Shown here piece by piece: positions 1 through 9,989 of a stretch of DNA of 64,000 bases (the first letter of the stretch is position 1; each line of letters opens with the position of its first letter). The notes beneath the pieces are model-generated. The model did not search any database, was not told where the DNA came from, and saw only the letters and a program-made list of their open reading frames with translations. Made by a program: the position numbers and the translations under genes. Origin of the DNA: an uncultured Oscillibacter sp. (lineage in GTDB: Bacteria; Bacillota; Clostridia; Oscillospirales; Oscillospiraceae); NCBI GenBank assembly GCA_900548505.1, contig URKI01000003.1, positions 497-64,496 on the forward strand, read 5' to 3'.

Positions 1-868
1 CCTCCATGCAGCTCATGGCCTCGATCTCCGCGTCGGAGGTATGCACATACAGGTCTGCCATGTGCAAGATCTCCAGCAGCCGCTCCGGCTCATAAAACTC
101 CATGACGATGGGATTGTGGAGCTTTTTGGCGAGGCGGCGGTACTTATTCTCCAGAGGGCCCTTGCCTGCCAGGATCACCTGGATGCGGTCGGCGTAGCGG
201 CTCTTGGCACAGGCCTCGATGAGCACGTCCTGGCGCTTCTCACCGGCGTAACGGCCCACCATCAGCACGTTGAAAAAGCCCTCCATCCACGGCTCCTTGG
301 GCTTTTTCCCATACTGATACTGGGGGCTGATGCCGTTGGAGATCACATGGAGCTTGGCGGTATAGCCATGGCGGCGGAGCTGGTCGGCGATCATGGCGCT
401 GGGGCAGTGGATGTGGGTAAAGCGGTTAAAGAAGCTGTCCCGGAAGCGGTTGTACACAAAGTCGTTCACCCGTTTGCTGTTTCCCATATGCAGCGTAAAG
501 GTAATATTTTCCGGCTGGCAGTGGAACGCCGCCGTGTGGGGGATCCCCAGCTTTTCCACATGCTTGAGTCCCATGACACCCAGCGGTGAGGGCATCATGA
601 AATGCACCACGTCCGCCCAGGCGGCCGCCTTTTCAAACACGTGCTTGTTCGGAATGGCCAGACGCATACCCTGGCTGGTGATCAGATGCTCCACAATGGG
701 GAAAAAACGCATCTGCCGCACGGCATACTTGTAATCTGCCGGTTTTCCCGTGGCAATGACACGCACCTCGTTGCCGTGCTGGCGCAGCGCCATGGCAAAG
801 CGCCGGGCGCTGATGGTGGTGCCGTTATTGGCGTCGTCGAACTGGTCAATGACCAAAACGATCTTCAT
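1..868 (-). CDS. Glycosyltransferase family 4 (diacylglycerol glucosyltransferase-like), 3' part outside window
   Basis: Not in the ORF track because it is open at the edge. Read manually from ATG at 868: MKIVLVIDQFDDANNGTTISARRFAMALRQHGNEVRVIA...ADVVHFMMPSPLG, a typical GT4 N-terminus; GAGGGAG RBS upstream. Confidence 0.8.
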   Translation of the reverse strand, partial: MKIVLVIDQFDDANNGTTISARRFAMALRQHGNEVRVIATGKPADYKYAVRQMRFFPIVEHLITSQGMRLAIPNKHVFEKAAAWADVVHFMMPSPLGVMGLKHVEKLGIPHTAAFHCQPENITFTLHMGNSKRVNDFVYNRFRDSFFNRFTHIHCPSAMIADQLRRHGYTAKLHVISNGISPQYQYGKKPKEPWMEGFFNVLMVGRYAGEKRQDVLIEACAKSRYADRIQVILAGKGPLENKYRRLAKKLHNPIVMEFYEPERLLEILHMADLYVHTSDAEIEAMSCME

Positions 869-965
869 AAATGGTCTGTTCTCCCTCAACACAGATTTGT
901 TTTACAATATGTGTCAGTGTATCATCTTTCCACTGGATTGTCCACAAAAGGCTGGCAAAATATAA

Positions 966-997
966 GAAAAAAGCCATGCCGCAGCATGGCTTTTTTC
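966..997. terminator. Intrinsic terminator with A and T tails
   Basis: AAAAAAGCCATGC-CGCA-GCATGGCTTTTTT directly downstream of the TSCPD gene. Confidence 0.75.
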
Positions 998-999
998 GC

Positions 1000-1260
1000 T
1001 TACTGAGCCTTGTCCGCCAGGATCTGCTCCAGGCCACGGGCCAGCTGGTCCGGGCAGGAGGTGGACTTGGCGCCGCAGTGGATGCCCTTCATGCGCTCGA
1101 TGGCCTCCTGGGCAGACATGCCGCGCACCAGCGCGCTGATGCCCTGCAGGTTGCCGCTGCAGCCACCCACGACCTCCAGGTTCTCAATGACACCCTGGTC
1201 ATTCAGCTCCACACTCATTTCCCGAGAGCACACGCCCTGGGGACGGAAAGAATACTTCAT
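1000..1260 (-). CDS. TIGR03905-type TSCPD domain protein
   Basis: GVCS...GGCSGNLQGI...GIHCGAKSTSCPDQLA motifs, 86 aa. Confidence 0.85.
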   Translation of the reverse strand: MKYSFRPQGVCSREMSVELNDQGVIENLEVVGGCSGNLQGISALVRGMSAQEAIERMKGIHCGAKSTSCPDQLARGLEQILADKAQ

Positions 1261-1337
1261 ATACCTTTTTCTCCTCTTTTTCTAATCTTTCAACAGGATA
1301 ACACGCCCTGTCCCAAAAGGCAAGCCCCACTTCCCGC

Positions 1338-1394
1338 TTGACAATATCGAATATCGGTATTATAGTGAAATCAGAAATAACGATATTCGATATT
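1338..1394 (+). promoter_or_regulatory. sigma-A promoter with probable PadR operator repeats
   Basis: TTGACA(1338)-17 bp-TATAGT(1361); AATATCGAATATCG (1343-1356) and its exact reverse complement CGATATTCGATATT (1381-1394). Confidence 0.75.
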
Positions 1395-1411
1395 CAGAGA
1401 GGAGGCGCTCC

Positions 1412-1738
1412 ATGGCTCGGGAAAAATTCCACACCCTGACGGAGCAGATGTTCTACATTCTGCTGTGCCTGACCAAGGAGCAGTGCGGCACGGACATCAT
1501 GGCCGCCGTGTCCGCCCTGACAGGCGGCCGGGTCAATGTGGGGCCCGGTACGCTCTATAACCTGCTGGAGCAGTTCCAAAGCGCAGGCATGATCGAAGAG
1601 ACCAAGGTGGAGGGCCGTCGCCGCAGCTACCGCATCACCGCGGCGGGGCGGCAGGCGTTGGACGAGGAATACCGGCGTCTTATCACGCTGGCGGAGGACT
1701 ACCGGCGCATTCTGCCGGAGGAAGGAGCGTCCCTATGA
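1412..1738 (+). CDS. PadR-family transcriptional regulator
   Basis: LTEQMFYILLCL...GPGTLYNLL...RRRSYRITAAGRQAL; GGAGG RBS. Confidence 0.9.
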   Translation: MAREKFHTLTEQMFYILLCLTKEQCGTDIMAAVSALTGGRVNVGPGTLYNLLEQFQSAGMIEETKVEGRRRSYRITAAGRQALDEEYRRLITLAEDYRRILPEEGASL

Positions 1739-3150
1739 AGAAAAGGCACATTTACCGGCCGGCGTTCTACTCCTTTTACGACAGCCAGGGCATTGCCGCC
1801 CATTTAGAGCGCATGGCGGCACAAGGCTGGATGATCGATTCCATCTCCGGCGCGTTCTGGCGCTACCGGGCCATAGAACCATCCCAGCTCCATTTCGCCG
1901 TCACCTACTTCCCCAAGGCCTCCTCCTTTGACCCGGGCCCCACGGAGGGCCAGCAGGTCTTTGCGGACTACTGCGCCCAGGTGGGGTGGGAGCCGGCCGT
2001 CCGATGGGGACAGATGCAGATCTTCTATACGGACCAGAGCGACCCCGTCCCGCTGGAGACGGACCCGGTGACCCAGGTGGAAAACATCCGCTCGGCCATG
2101 CGCCGCAGCTTCCTGCCGGGTATGCTGGCCACGCTGGCCCTGGCCATATTCCAGCTGGTATTTTTCTTCTGGCGGATGTACACCGGCCCCCTGGACGCGC
2201 TCAGCTCCCCCATCACACTGCTCTCGTCAGCCACCTGGCTGCCCATCGCCCTCATGGCTCTGCTGGAGCTTGGTTTCTACGTCTGGTGGCTGCCCAGGGC
2301 CCGGCAGGCAGCCCAGGAGGGCCGTATGCTCCATATCCGCACCTGGCGCTATGCCAGCCTCTCTTTTGTGGGCATTCTGTTTGCAGCAGAGATCCTGTTC
2401 CTGCTGACCACCTCCCGGAAGGAGCTGGTATACTTCCTCTTCGGTGCGGTGCTGGTGCTGCTGGTGTGCGTACTCACCGCCTCTGCCACCAGTGCCCTCC
2501 GGGGCCTGGGTGCCTCCCGGCGGGTAAACCGGGCCGTGTCCATCGGCATCTGTGTGGTCATCACCCTGGCGGGCATGTCGGCGCTGGTGGCCGGTGTGAT
2601 CTCCCTGAGCCGCCGCGGGCTGCTGAACCAGTCCGCCCCGGTGGATACCTACACGGTCTATGGCATGACCTGGGAGGTCTATGCCGACCCCATTCCCCTG
2701 CGGGCAGAGGATCTCACCGGCGCAGAGGAGGACGACCGCTACTCCACAGAGGCGCGTATCCAGTCCTCCCCCCTGCTGACCCAAGCGGACTACAGCCAGG
2801 ATCTGCGGCTGGACTGCGAGGAGGAGCTGCCGGATCTATCCTATACGGTGGTGGACGTGAAGCTGCCCCTTTTGTATGACCTTTGCCGGGACTACCTGCT
2901 GGAGCAGTACGCCCGCCGCTCCCCGGACGTGCCGCCGGAGTACATGGACCACGCGGTGCTCCAGGACTGGGCCCCCAACGGGGTAAGTGCCCTCTACCGC
3001 CACTATACCGGCGACGAGCCCCGGAACCGTTATGTCTTTTGCTGGGAGGGCCGCCTGGCGGAAGTGCGTTACTGGGGCGACGACCCTACCCAGGCCCAAC
3101 TGGAACTGACGGCAGCCGCCCTGTGCCCGGAGGCACTGGAGCTTCCCTGA
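1735..3150 (+). CDS. DUF2812-type membrane protein
   Basis: HLERMAAQGW...FWRY...YCAQVGWE N-terminal motif then several TM segments; ATGA overlap with padR, the usual PadR/DUF2812 pairing. Confidence 0.75.
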   Translation: MKKRHIYRPAFYSFYDSQGIAAHLERMAAQGWMIDSISGAFWRYRAIEPSQLHFAVTYFPKASSFDPGPTEGQQVFADYCAQVGWEPAVRWGQMQIFYTDQSDPVPLETDPVTQVENIRSAMRRSFLPGMLATLALAIFQLVFFFWRMYTGPLDALSSPITLLSSATWLPIALMALLELGFYVWWLPRARQAAQEGRMLHIRTWRYASLSFVGILFAAEILFLLTTSRKELVYFLFGAVLVLLVCVLTASATSALRGLGASRRVNRAVSIGICVVITLAGMSALVAGVISLSRRGLLNQSAPVDTYTVYGMTWEVYADPIPLRAEDLTGAEEDDRYSTEARIQSSPLLTQADYSQDLRLDCEEELPDLSYTVVDVKLPLLYDLCRDYLLEQYARRSPDVPPEYMDHAVLQDWAPNGVSALYRHYTGDEPRNRYVFCWEGRLAEVRYWGDDPTQAQLELTAAALCPEALELP

Positions 3151-3173
3151 TGGGTACTGCACATTCCATACAA

Positions 3174-3205
3174 CAAAAAAGAGAGGCAAATGCCTCTCTT
3201 TTTTT
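3174..3205. terminator. Bidirectional terminator between DUF2812 and spo0A
   Basis: AAAAAAGAGAGGCA-AA-TGCCTCTCTTTTTT between convergent genes. Confidence 0.8.
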
Positions 3206-3974
3206 ATGCACGCAGCAAGTTCTGATTTTTCCGTTCCAGCACCAGCCGATCCGCGATCATGGCGATGAATTCGGAGTTGGTGGGCTTTCCCTTGGCGTTG
3301 GACACGGTGTAGCCGAAGTACTTTTGCAGCGTCTCCAGATCGCCCCGGTCCCAGGCCACCTCGATGGCATGGCGGATGGCCCGCTCCACCCGGGAAGCCG
3401 TGGTTCCGAACCGCTTGGCCACCTCGGGATAGAGCACCTTGGTGACGGCATTGATGACGTCCATGTCCTCCACGGCGATCATGATGGCCTCCCGCAGGTA
3501 CTGATAGCCCTTGATGTGGGCAGGGACGCCGATCTCGTGGATCACGGCGGTGACCAAAGTCTTCAGCTCCGGGGCGGACATCTGCGGCTCCGGGACAGCG
3601 GGCGTGCACACGGCGCCCATCCGCTCCAGCAGCGCCTCCATCTCGCAGGGCTTGGAGAAGAAAAAGCTCGCCCCCAGGCTCACCGCCTCGCTTACCGCCT
3701 GCTCCGTGCAAAGGGCGGAGAGCACGATGACCTTCGGCGCCCCCGCCTCCTGCAGCCCCATCCGCTTCATGAGGGCAAAGCCGTCCAATCCGGGCAGCAC
3801 CACGTCCATCAAAACAAGGTCCGGGTGCAGCTCGTCGCAAAGGCGCAGCGCCTCTGCGCCGTCTCCCGTGGCCCCTGCCACGGTGAATCCCTCAGTTCCG
3901 TCGATCACATTCCGCAGCATGCCGCGGAATTCTTCATTGGCATCTGCCAGCAATACAGTTCTCCTGCTGTCCAT
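3204..3974 (-). CDS. spo0A: Sporulation master regulator Spo0A
   Basis: Receiver domain plus [17 protein letters not shown]...[28 protein letters not shown]...KPTNSEFIA; start moved to MDSRRTV, behind an AAGGGAAG RBS. Confidence 0.97.
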   Translation of the reverse strand: MDSRRTVLLADANEEFRGMLRNVIDGTEGFTVAGATGDGAEALRLCDELHPDLVLMDVVLPGLDGFALMKRMGLQEAGAPKVIVLSALCTEQAVSEAVSLGASFFFSKPCEMEALLERMGAVCTPAVPEPQMSAPELKTLVTAVIHEIGVPAHIKGYQYLREAIMIAVEDMDVINAVTKVLYPEVAKRFGTTASRVERAIRHAIEVAWDRGDLETLQKYFGYTVSNAKGKPTNSEFIAMIADRLVLERKNQNLLRA

Positions 3975-4076
3975 GTCTTCCCTTTTCCTTTTCCAAAGTT
4001 TTTGGGCACCGGAGGCCGCTCCCCGGCTGGCCTTCCGCTGCGACGGATTCATGAAGCTTCAAATCACGTTTTCTAT

Positions 4077-4160
4077 AAATTACCATAAACGGACAGGTTT
4101 TGCAACGGGAAACTGTAAATAAATTCCAAAAATCATTCGACGCTTTTCACATTTTCTCTC
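4077..4160 (-). promoter_or_regulatory. Putative tandem spo0A promoters (sigma-H-like and sigma-A-like)
   Basis: Minus strand GAGAGA-13 bp-GTCGAAT (4160-4135) and TTGCAA-17 bp-TAATTT with extended TG (4105-4077). Confidence 0.5.
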
Positions 4161-4227
4161 ATAAGTGGGAGTGCCGCTCTTTTTTTCGGGCTAAAATTGT
4201 GGTACTGTGGTGAAAAGAGGTGAAATT

Positions 4228-4797
4228 ATGGAACTTTTGGAACAACTGGAGCGCTATGTCCCCTGGAACGAGCAGGAAGAGACGGACCGCCGGGAGCTCC
4301 TCCGGCGGCTGCGCAGCGGCGAGCAGCTCTACACCCGCGAAAACGCCTCGGCCCACCTGACCACCTCGGCCTGGGTGGTGAGCCCGGACCGGCAAAAGGT
4401 ACTTCTGGCGTACCATAATATTTTTCACGCCTGGACCTGGCTGGGAGGCCACGCGGACGGAGAGCGGGATCTTCTCGCCGTGGCTTTGCGGGAAGTGCGG
4501 GAGGAAAGCGGCGTGCACACGGTAGTGCCCGTGACGCGGGAGCTCTTCTCCCTGGAGATTTTAACGGTGGACGGCCACGAAAAGCACGGCCGGTATGTCT
4601 CGTCCCACCTGCACCTGAATGTATCGTATCTGCTGGAGGCAGACCCGGACCAGCCCATCCGCCGCAAGGCCGATGAAAACAGTGCCGTGGGCTGGTTCAC
4701 CCCGGAGGATGCCATCGCGGCCTCGTCAGAGCCCTGGTTCCGAGAGCGGATCTATCCCAAGCTCATCGAAAAAGCCAGGCGCTTTCCGCCCCGGTAA
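4228..4797 (+). CDS. NUDIX hydrolase
   Basis: Nudix box GGHADGERDLLAVALREVREESG; GAGGTG RBS before MELLEQ. Confidence 0.9.
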   Translation: MELLEQLERYVPWNEQEETDRRELLRRLRSGEQLYTRENASAHLTTSAWVVSPDRQKVLLAYHNIFHAWTWLGGHADGERDLLAVALREVREESGVHTVVPVTRELFSLEILTVDGHEKHGRYVSSHLHLNVSYLLEADPDQPIRRKADENSAVGWFTPEDAIAASSEPWFRERIYPKLIEKARRFPPR

Positions 4798-4803
4798 AAG
4801 AGG

Positions 4804-5274
4804 TTACTGCACTGTCTTCCGACCAAAGGGGATGAACAGCATCGGCGCAAAGCAGGCGGCGATGGTGGAAAATGCAATGTGATCGGTCAGCCGCAGGAGC
4901 CAGGAGGAAACTGCACCGTTGAAAAGCATGCCCATCTGTACGACGAAAGGAATCGGGAATGTGGGGACCGCCAACGCCAAGACCACCACAGCCAGATACA
5001 CCACGGAAATGATCCCCGCAGAAGCAGCAATTTCCGCCCGGGTCATGGAACGAAACGCCCACAGTCCCCCCAGGGCCAGCACGATCAAAAACAACACCGC
5101 GTCAAAGATTGCACTCCGGACCGGGTCGGCGGACACATTGGTAACGCCGTCGGCCCCCACGGTCTGAACTACGAAGAAAGCGCCGCCCAGATATACGGTC
5201 ACATAAAAACTCACATAACTGGAAATCAGGCAATAAACGGGGACTCTCCAAAGCGTATGCAGGCGGATGTGCAT
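4804..5274 (-). CDS. Hypothetical membrane protein (about 4 TM)
   Basis: Hydrophobic segments; AAGGAGGG RBS. Confidence 0.7.
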   Translation of the reverse strand: MHIRLHTLWRVPVYCLISSYVSFYVTVYLGGAFFVVQTVGADGVTNVSADPVRSAIFDAVLFLIVLALGGLWAFRSMTRAEIAASAGIISVVYLAVVVLALAVPTFPIPFVVQMGMLFNGAVSSWLLRLTDHIAFSTIAACFAPMLFIPFGRKTVQ

Positions 5275-5327
5275 CGTGATCCCTCCTTATTCTGTTTTCT
5301 GATTCCAGCATAACACATCCAAATGGA

Positions 5328-5358
5328 AAACGGCAGGGGCAAATTGCCCCTGCCGTTT
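5328..5358 (-). terminator. Terminator after spoIVB
   Basis: AAACGGCAGGGGCAA-A-TTGCCCCTGCCGTTT. Confidence 0.7.
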
Positions 5359-5360
5359 AT

Positions 5361-6392
5361 TCATTCGGCCGATTTCAGCATAGTTTCAAGGAAAATTCCA
5401 TATCCTTTGGTTGGATCATTCAGCAGCACATGGGTCACAGCGCCCACAAATTTTCCATTCTGGAGAATGGGACTGCCGCTCATGCCCTGGACGATGCCGC
5501 CGGTGGCGGCGATCAGCTCCGGGTCGGTGACGCGGAGCACCATGTCCCGGCCGTCGGCAGACGTGCCGGCACTGAGGATCTCGATGTCATAGGCACAGAT
5601 CTCGTCGCCCTCCACGTTGGAGAGGATGGCGGCCGGCCCCGGCACCACCTCGTCCGCCCTGGCAACGGGCAAAGCCTCTCCCACATCCCAGCAGGAGGCG
5701 TCGGTCTCCAGATGGCCGAATACGCCGCTTTGGGTATTGGCGTACAGCGTGCCCAGATCGCCGCTGAGGTCAAAGTCGCCCCGCAGCTCGCCGGCGCTGC
5801 CTGCCTCTCCCTTTTTCACGGCTTTCACCGTGGAGGGCAGGATAGAGCCGGAGGAAAACGGCATGAGCTGGGCGGTGTCCACATCGGCGATGCCGTGGCC
5901 CAGGGCACCAAAGGCCCCTGTGGCCGGATCGTAGTACGTGACGGTGCCGATGCCCGCCATGGAGTCCCGGATCCAGGCGCCAATAGAGTAGGTGCCCTGC
6001 TCATTTTTTTCCGGGAACACACTGAGTTCCAGCTGGCGGCCGTTGCGGCTGACCTGCAGGTCTGTGACGGCGCTGCGGCGCTCCTGAAGCAGCTGCTGGA
6101 ACTGCTCCGTGGACTGGACGGAAATGCCGCCGCATTTGACGATCACATCGCCGGTCTGCAATCCGCACTCCCTGGCAGGCGTCTGCCCATCCGGGAGCTT
6201 TACCACCAGCACGCCTCTGGAAAAGAGCTTGATGCCCACGGTGTGGCCCACAGGCACCAGTTTTTCGGGCAGTGCGGACGCGCCGGACAGGTCTGATGCA
6301 CCGGCGGGAACAGCGGCGGCGAGCATCAGGGCCAGGAGCAGCGCCGCTCCGCCCCGCAGCAGCCGCCTTGCCGTTTGCGTTGGTTCATGCAA
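5361..6392 (-). CDS. spoIVB: SpoIVB serine peptidase (PDZ + S55)
   Basis: LVPVGHTVGIKL, WIRDSMAGIGTVTYYD, FGALGHGI, TGGIVQGMSGSPILQNGKFVGAVTHV. Confidence 0.93.
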   Translation of the reverse strand: MHEPTQTARRLLRGGAALLLALMLAAAVPAGASDLSGASALPEKLVPVGHTVGIKLFSRGVLVVKLPDGQTPARECGLQTGDVIVKCGGISVQSTEQFQQLLQERRSAVTDLQVSRNGRQLELSVFPEKNEQGTYSIGAWIRDSMAGIGTVTYYDPATGAFGALGHGIADVDTAQLMPFSSGSILPSTVKAVKKGEAGSAGELRGDFDLSGDLGTLYANTQSGVFGHLETDASCWDVGEALPVARADEVVPGPAAILSNVEGDEICAYDIEILSAGTSADGRDMVLRVTDPELIAATGGIVQGMSGSPILQNGKFVGAVTHVLLNDPTKGYGIFLETMLKSAE

Positions 6393-6543
6393 ATACGATC
6401 ACCCCTTCCAAAAAACTGCCGGCAGCTCATGGCGATGCCGGCAAGCGTATTGTTGGCGGAAGGCGTGAAATCTCCCCTTGCAAAAAGCGGCAGCGCCGCC
6501 ATGGAGCAGATGCCCAAACCGCGGCGCAGTCGGGAGAAAACAG

Positions 6544-6570
6544 CGCCCCGCAGGAAAATCCTGCGGGGCG
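6544..6570 (-). terminator. Terminator after ftsZ
   Basis: CGCCCCGCAGGA-AAA-TCCTGCGGGGCG followed by CTGTTTTCT on the minus strand. Confidence 0.65.
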
Positions 6571-6579
6571 TTCCAGTTT

Positions 6580-7704
6580 TTAATCCCGTTTGTTGAAGAT
6601 TTTTAAAATGTCGTCGAACACGTCGTCGGTCTCGTCCTCCACCTTGGGAACATCCACTTCCTTCAGGGGAACGGGCTCGGGTGCGGTGGCAGGACGGGCG
6701 CTCTGCTCCGCCTGGACGCTCTGCATCTTGGGGAGCTCCTGGGCAGGGGCCTTGTCAAAGCCGGTGGCGATGACGGTGACACGGATCTCATCGTCCATGG
6801 TCTCGTCGAAGGTGGCGCCGAAGATGGTGAGGGCGTCGGGATGGACGGCCTCCTGCACCAGGGACGCGGCCTGCTCCACTTCCTCCAGGCCAATGTCCAT
6901 GGAGCCGGTGATGTTGATGAGCACGCCCTTGGCGCCCTCGATGGACGTCTCCAGCAGGGGGCTGGAAATGGCCATCTTGGCAGCCTCTTCCGCCTTGCCC
7001 TTGCCGGCAGCCCGGCCCACGCCCATGTGGGCCATGCCCGCGTTCTTCATGACGGCCGTCACGTCGGCGAAATCCAGATTGATAAAGCCGGTATCCCGGA
7101 TCAGGTCGGAGATGGACTGCACCGCCTGGCGCAGCACGTCATCGGCGATCTCAAAGGCGTTTGCAAAGGTGATCTTCTGATCGGTGGCATGCTTGAGCCG
7201 GTCATTGGGGATGATGACCAGGGAGTCCACCCGGTCCTTCAGTTCGGAAATGCCCGCCTCGGCGGCCCGCATACGGCGGGGACCCTCAAAGCCGAAGGGC
7301 TTGGTCACCACGGCCACCGTGAGGATATCCATCTCCTTGGCGATCTCCGCCACGATGGGCGCGCCGCCGGTGCCGGTGCCGCCGCCCATGCCGGCGGTGA
7401 TGAACACCATGTCCGTATCTTCCAGAGCCTTGGCGATCTGCTGACGGCTCTCCTCGGCGGACTTGCGGCCCACCTCGGGGTCGGAGCCGGCGCCCTGGCC
7501 GTGTGTCAGCTTTTCGCCGATCTGGATCTTGTATGTAGCACTGGAAACATTCAGTGCCTGCTTATCGGTGTTCACCGCAACAAAGTCAACGCCCTTGGTG
7601 CCGGAGCGAACCATGCGGTTGACCACATTGTTGCCGCCGCCGCCCACGCCGATCACTTTAATATTGACAACGGTATCGGGACCGGTCTCCAATCCAAACG
7701 CCAT
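6580..7704 (-). CDS. ftsZ: Cell division protein FtsZ
   Basis: [36 protein letters not shown]; start MAFGLE behind AGGAGG. Confidence 0.98.
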   Translation of the reverse strand: MAFGLETGPDTVVNIKVIGVGGGGNNVVNRMVRSGTKGVDFVAVNTDKQALNVSSATYKIQIGEKLTHGQGAGSDPEVGRKSAEESRQQIAKALEDTDMVFITAGMGGGTGTGGAPIVAEIAKEMDILTVAVVTKPFGFEGPRRMRAAEAGISELKDRVDSLVIIPNDRLKHATDQKITFANAFEIADDVLRQAVQSISDLIRDTGFINLDFADVTAVMKNAGMAHMGVGRAAGKGKAEEAAKMAISSPLLETSIEGAKGVLINITGSMDIGLEEVEQAASLVQEAVHPDALTIFGATFDETMDDEIRVTVIATGFDKAPAQELPKMQSVQAEQSARPATAPEPVPLKEVDVPKVEDETDDVFDDILKIFNKRD

Positions 7705-7888
7705 AGTGTGCCTCCTACTATCATTTGTGCAAAAGGGCGGTGCCGCCCTTGAATGTCGCAATATCCTGTGGTTGCCGGATTTAGTTTATTGTATGACACT
7801 TTGCCGCCGCGGTCAAGTAGCCCTCTGCCTTTTCCCGGAGTTTTTTCTAAAGAAACGCAAGGGCAAAACAGCCCTTCCCCACGGTTCG

Positions 7889-8650
7889 TCAGTTTTCGAT
7901 AAAATGCACTTCTCCATTGTCCCAGGTCATCTGGATGATGCCGGTCTGGTTGGTCTCCAGCTGCTCCACCACCTGCACCAGGGCCCGCAGCTTACGCTCA
8001 TAATCGGCCCCGTAGGGCAGCTCCACGGAAAAGCGCCCGGCATATTCCATGACCAGCATGGAAAGGTCATCCAGGCGGATGGCCTGCACCTGCTCGGTGA
8101 GCCCCGCCGCCTCCAGCGCGGCCATCAGGTCCAGCAGGCTCTGCTGCTGGGCGGCGTACTCCGTGGCCAGAGCCAGGCGCGTTCCCACTGAGGGCGCCAG
8201 CAGCGTACAGCCGCTGATGACGGCGTAACCCTCCGCCTGGGCAGCGTCCAGCTGTTCCACCACGCGGCCGCTGGGGCTGACCAGCCAGGCAAAGCCGTCC
8301 TGCACCACGGCCATAGGCGTGCCGCACTCCTTGATCTCAATGAGCAGCGTATCCGGCAGCTTTCGGTTGATACGGATCTCGTCCACATAGGGCAGCGCCC
8401 CGCGGATATTACCCGCCACCGCGTACTTGTTGAGCAAAAACAGATTGTCATCCATGCCCACGCCGCTGGCCTCTATGATCTGGTCCTGGGTATAGCGCTC
8501 CTGGCCGGTCACCACGATGGTGTTCACCCGGAAAAACAGCGTCAGCGCCGCCACGATGGCACCGCAGATCACCAACATGGACAGCACCTTATAGAGGAAG
8601 CCAAAGCTTCCCCTCCTGCGCTTTCGGTTGGAATGTCTGCGTCGTGCCAT
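7889..8650 (-). CDS. ftsQ: Cell division protein FtsQ/DivIB (POTRA)
   Basis: Basic N-tail, one TM, POTRA segment FFRVNTIVVTG...PYVDEIRINRKLPDTLLIEIKE; dcw position. Confidence 0.85.
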   Translation of the reverse strand: MARRRHSNRKRRRGSFGFLYKVLSMLVICGAIVAALTLFFRVNTIVVTGQERYTQDQIIEASGVGMDDNLFLLNKYAVAGNIRGALPYVDEIRINRKLPDTLLIEIKECGTPMAVVQDGFAWLVSPSGRVVEQLDAAQAEGYAVISGCTLLAPSVGTRLALATEYAAQQQSLLDLMAALEAAGLTEQVQAIRLDDLSMLVMEYAGRFSVELPYGADYERKLRALVQVVEQLETNQTGIIQMTWDNGEVHFIEN

Positions 8651-8660
8651 GCTGTGCTCC

Positions 8661-9923
8661 TCAGTTCCTCTCTTCCGCTCCGGTGATCCGGGCGCCCAGC
8701 GCTCCCAGATCCCGGACGATGTCCTCATAGCCTCTTTCGATGTGTCCCGTTTCAAAAAGGCGGCTTTCACCCTCTGCCGCCAGCGCTGCCACACACAGCG
8801 CCGCGCCGCCGCGCAGGTCCGTGCAGCGCACAGCGGCGCCGCTGAGGTGCTCCACCCCTGTGACCACCGCCGTCCGGCCGGACACCCGGATATCCGCCCC
8901 CATGCGGATCAGCTCATCCACATGGCGGTACCGGTTTTCAAAAATATTCTCCTCAAATACCGTGGTGCCCTCAGACCGCACCAGCGCCGCCATCAAAATG
9001 GCCTGGGCGTCCGTGGGAAAGCCGGGATAGGGCGCCGTGCGCACCGGGCGTACCGCCCGGGGACGGCCGATGCACCGGCAGGCGATGCCCGCGGTATCGG
9101 ATGTAATGGCGCACCCTGCCTGGCGCAGGGACGCGGTAACGGTGGCCAGATGCTCCTCCCGGGCCCGGCGCAGAAATATGTCACCTCCCGCCGCACAGGC
9201 AGCGCAGAGGTAGGTGGCCGCCACGATCCGGTCGCTCATGCACCGGTAGCGGCACCCGTGCAGCTTTCTGCCGCCCCGGATGACCACGGTGGAAGAGCCC
9301 GCCCCGGCCACATCCGCGCCGCAGGCGTTGAGAAACTCCTGCAGATCCACGATCTCCGGCTCCCGGGCGGCGTTGGAGATGACCGTCACGCCCTGGGCGC
9401 CGCAGGCGGCGAGCATCAGGTTTTCCGTGGCGCCCACAGAGGGAATCGCCAGCACGATCTCCCGCCCCGTCAGGCGGGCGGCGCTGCAGTGGAGAAAGCC
9501 GCCCTCCTCCCGGATCTGTGCGCCCAGGTCCCTTAGCCCCGCAAGATGCAGATCAATGGGCCGGGGGCCCAGCTCGCAGCCGCCGGGATAGCTCATTTCC
9601 GCCCGGCCGCACCGGGCCAGCACAGCCCCCAGAAAGATGGCGGACGAGCGCATCCGGCGCATGAGGGCGTCGGAGATGGCGCAGCCGGTCATGGAGGCAG
9701 TGTCCACAGACAGGGCGTCCCCCTCCCAGCGGACACGGCAGCCCAGTCCGCGCAGAATATCCACCGAGGCGTCCACATCCCTCAGATGGGGACAGCCCTC
9801 CAGCAGCACCTCACCGCCGGTGAGGATGGTGGCCGCCAGAATGGGCAGCACGCTGTTTTTCGCCCCCTGGACGCACACCTCTCCTTCCAGGCTCACGCCG
9901 CCTTGTATCAAAATCTCACTCAT
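8661..9923 (-). CDS. murA: UDP-N-acetylglucosamine 1-carboxyvinyltransferase
   Basis: GAKNSVLPILAA, PGGCELGPRPIDLH, PYPGFPTDAQ, DLRGGAAL. Confidence 0.95.
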   Translation of the reverse strand: MSEILIQGGVSLEGEVCVQGAKNSVLPILAATILTGGEVLLEGCPHLRDVDASVDILRGLGCRVRWEGDALSVDTASMTGCAISDALMRRMRSSAIFLGAVLARCGRAEMSYPGGCELGPRPIDLHLAGLRDLGAQIREEGGFLHCSAARLTGREIVLAIPSVGATENLMLAACGAQGVTVISNAAREPEIVDLQEFLNACGADVAGAGSSTVVIRGGRKLHGCRYRCMSDRIVAATYLCAACAAGGDIFLRRAREEHLATVTASLRQAGCAITSDTAGIACRCIGRPRAVRPVRTAPYPGFPTDAQAILMAALVRSEGTTVFEENIFENRYRHVDELIRMGADIRVSGRTAVVTGVEHLSGAAVRCTDLRGGAALCVAALAAEGESRLFETGHIERGYEDIVRDLGALGARITGAEERN

Positions 9924-9989
9924 GGTGTCTCCCTCCGCGATGAATCAAATGGCTGAACAGTCCATCCTATGGAGGGAGCGAGATGCCGG

